64,000 bases of DNA from a virus: positions 3,487 through 67,486 of the IMG/VR virus record IMGVR_UViG_3300021963_000115; one strand, 5' to 3'. Below the pieces are notes generated by a model. That model had not been told where the DNA came from. It made no database searches and saw only the letters and a list, made by a program, of their open reading frames with translations. Position numbers and translations under genes: made by a program. Each line of letters opens with the position of its first letter. The first letter of the stretch is position 1. This document shows, one piece after another, positions 62,380-64,000 of this stretch.

Positions 62380-62695
62380 GATTGCTCCTCTCAATATCTT
62401 TGATTGCGTTAAACTGATTCACCAGCTCATCGTAGTCCGGTACTGTGCGTGCCAATATGTATTCGACACGCCTGATTGCTTCCTCATGTTCTCTAAACGG
62501 GTCAATGTATCTGCCTGAGTACGCGCCCCGTATCGTTGCTCCTGTCGCACCCTGTTGTCCTAGTGCCGTAGTAAGACTAGCGCCAAGATTGTTAGCCTGT
62601 TGTGCGCTGTACTGGTATGAGTCCAACACAGTACTACCCTCTTCCTTTATCGTAGGCATACCAAACATGTTTCGTGGGTCAAGCCAACTCATCAC
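62372..62695 (-). CDS. hypothetical protein
   Basis: GGAGG SD, coupled. Confidence 0.6.
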   Translation of the reverse strand: MMSWLDPRNMFGMPTIKEEGSTVLDSYQYSAQQANNLGASLTTALGQQGATGATIRGAYSGRYIDPFREHEEAIRRVEYILARTVPDYDELVNQFNAIKDIERSNHE

Positions 62696-63330
62696 ACACC
62701 TCCAAACATTTCTTTGAGTGCGATGTGTAACGCACGGGCTTGCTTGACTGTCAGGTTATCAAGCACCTCATCGACACTCCATTCGGTAGTTGTAGGCTTG
62801 GCTTCTGCAATCTTGGCGTTGACTGCCTCATAATCACCCAACAAGTCTGACAATGATTTCTTTTCGTACCGTACGAAAGATCCATCTTGAAACATCGTGG
62901 GTGTTTCTTGTGGGGCTGATTTATTTTGTTTAACTGCGCGTGCATGGGCGGCACGCTCTTTCGCTTGCTTGCGTTTACGCTTTGCCACACTCAACAACTT
63001 CTTACGATTATCTTCAGACACTGCGGTGTACGCATAGATTGAGCGACCATCTACCTTCTCAGGTGCATGTACCCGAGTGACAGAGAAGTTATCTACAAAC
63101 TGTTTGAGCATTGATGATACGAAACTTGGTGGTATGTCAGGGTGCTCCACACTTAGTCGTTGCTTGATCTCAATACTCGTAACCCCGGGTTTGTCTTTGA
63201 TGTAGCCAAGTATCACAGATGTTATAGAGCCTCGTTTTTTTGTTTCCATTTTGATCTCCTGTTGTGGTTGTTGATCTTCGGCATCCCATTGTTGGATAAC
63301 CTTCTTCATTTCTTCAGCTATTGAACCCAT
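62692..63330 (-). CDS. winged-HTH-like protein
   Basis: I..YIKD.PG.T..EI...L......SS.L.Q; contains a palindrome copy. Confidence 0.65.
   Translation of the reverse strand: MGSIAEEMKKVIQQWDAEDQQPQQEIKMETKKRGSITSVILGYIKDKPGVTSIEIKQRLSVEHPDIPPSFVSSMLKQFVDNFSVTRVHAPEKVDGRSIYAYTAVSEDNRKKLLSVAKRKRKQAKERAAHARAVKQNKSAPQETPTMFQDGSFVRYEKKSLSDLLGDYEAVNAKIAEAKPTTTEWSVDEVLDNLTVKQARALHIALKEMFGGV
62862..62878. repeat. 16th copy of TTTCGTACNGTACGAAA
   Basis: TTTCGTACCGTACGAAA inside a coding sequence. Confidence 0.95.
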
Positions 63331-63632
63331 CTCTCGTTCTCCTCTTTTGTGATGTAGTCTAAAATTTCCTGAACTTCTATCAGGTTCTCCTCATTGACGA
63401 CAATAGCAAAGCCACCGGCATCTTTGATCTGCGCTATGTTCCTGTCTTGCAGTGCAGTGGTCTTGCCCTTGCCTGCCTTACATTCGATAGCAAAAAATCT
63501 TCCCATGTAGCAGGCAACAATGTCCGGTATGCCTGCTGATCCAAACCCCCCTGCGACTGGGTAGAAGCAGTATGCGTTATGTTTTTTAAGTAAAGCTACT
63601 ACTGCGTTCTTGACTTTCTTTTCGGGAGTCAT
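63318..63632 (-). CDS. VRR-NUC domain nuclease (Holliday junction resolvase-like)
   Basis: TPEKKVK, G.PD..AC..GRF.AIECKAG...T.LQ......GG. Confidence 0.85.
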   Translation of the reverse strand: MTPEKKVKNAVVALLKKHNAYCFYPVAGGFGSAGIPDIVACYMGRFFAIECKAGKGKTTALQDRNIAQIKDAGGFAIVVNEENLIEVQEILDYITKEENERWVQ

Positions 63633-63777
63633 AGTATTTCCTTGGTAATGGTGCATGTTTATCTAACATTTGTCTTAACCATACGACCCCACCAAGTTGT
63701 TTAAGTATTACCTTGTGTGTGGATGTAAGACGAAAGTCAGCGCGTTCTAATGGTTCGGATGGTTTAGGTCTTGGCAT
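63586..63777 (-). CDS. small DNA-binding-like protein
   Basis: MPRPKP.EPL....FRL......LGG..WLR (RHH-like). Confidence 0.6.
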   Translation of the reverse strand: MPRPKPSEPLERADFRLTSTHKVILKQLGGVVWLRQMLDKHAPLPRKYYDSRKESQERSSSFT

Positions 63778-63982
63778 TTTTCATGTTCCTTACAAACGCG
63801 GCAAAACTCCAAGAGGTATCGCCAAACGCTGTCATCTTCTCAAACTCTTTCGCCACCTCCTCTAAAACAGTATTACGTTGAGAGGGGGATACATACACAT
63901 CGTAGTGGTATGGCTGACCCTTCTTCATCTCAGCTTCATGCGCAATGCGCTCGAACTCGTCGTCTTCATCGGTGTGAATCAT
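63764..63982 (-). CDS. hypothetical protein
   Basis: AGGAG SD; RN.VLEEVA.E.....FG.T..SFA.FVR.MK. Confidence 0.65.
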   Translation of the reverse strand: MIHTDEDDEFERIAHEAEMKKGQPYHYDVYVSPSQRNTVLEEVAKEFEKMTAFGDTSWSFAAFVRNMKNAKT

Positions 63983-64000
63983 TTCTTCTCCTTTGGTGGG

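Noticed and set aside
1-64000. tRNA genes, integrase, and the many antisense ORFs of the track
   Set aside because: No cloverleaf/T-loop or recombinase motifs were found by eye; antisense ORFs lie opposite well-supported genes and lack RBSs.

Overview
Near-complete genome of a tailed dsDNA phage with podovirus-like architecture (no tape-measure or sheath genes; tail nozzle plus large internal/ejection proteins). The promoter, boxA and IHF signals point to a proteobacterial host. There are three modules. (1) About 1-10.5 kb, minus strand: early/host-takeover genes, including a DUF3150-like + AAA ATPase + HExxH/vWA operon, many small ORFs, two perfect sigma70 promoters and a ~1.5 kb non-coding control region. 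(2) About 10.8-52.3 kb, plus strand: terminases, portal, GroES-like co-chaperonin, scaffold, major capsid, small basic head proteins, adaptors, fibres, lysis cassette, nozzle and ejection proteins. (3) About 52.4-64 kb, minus strand: primase-helicase, SSB-like protein, SNF2 helicase, PD-(D/E)XK nuclease, family A DNA polymerase and VRR-NUC. No integrase, RNA polymerase, tRNA or CRISPR array was seen. The most striking unexplained signal is a 17-bp palindrome TTTCGTACNGTACGAAA present 16 times. Fifteen copies lie in the early region and none was found in the 42-kb virion module. They sit downstream of promoters, at gene junctions and inside codons. Nearby are a ~740-nt apparently structured untranslated leader carrying a boxA and a nested inverted-repeat/IHF element. 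Three further short structured-RNA candidates and a recurrent [FMYL]xxGG peptide motif in putative internal virion proteins are also reported. All family calls come from motif recognition by eye, not database searches.
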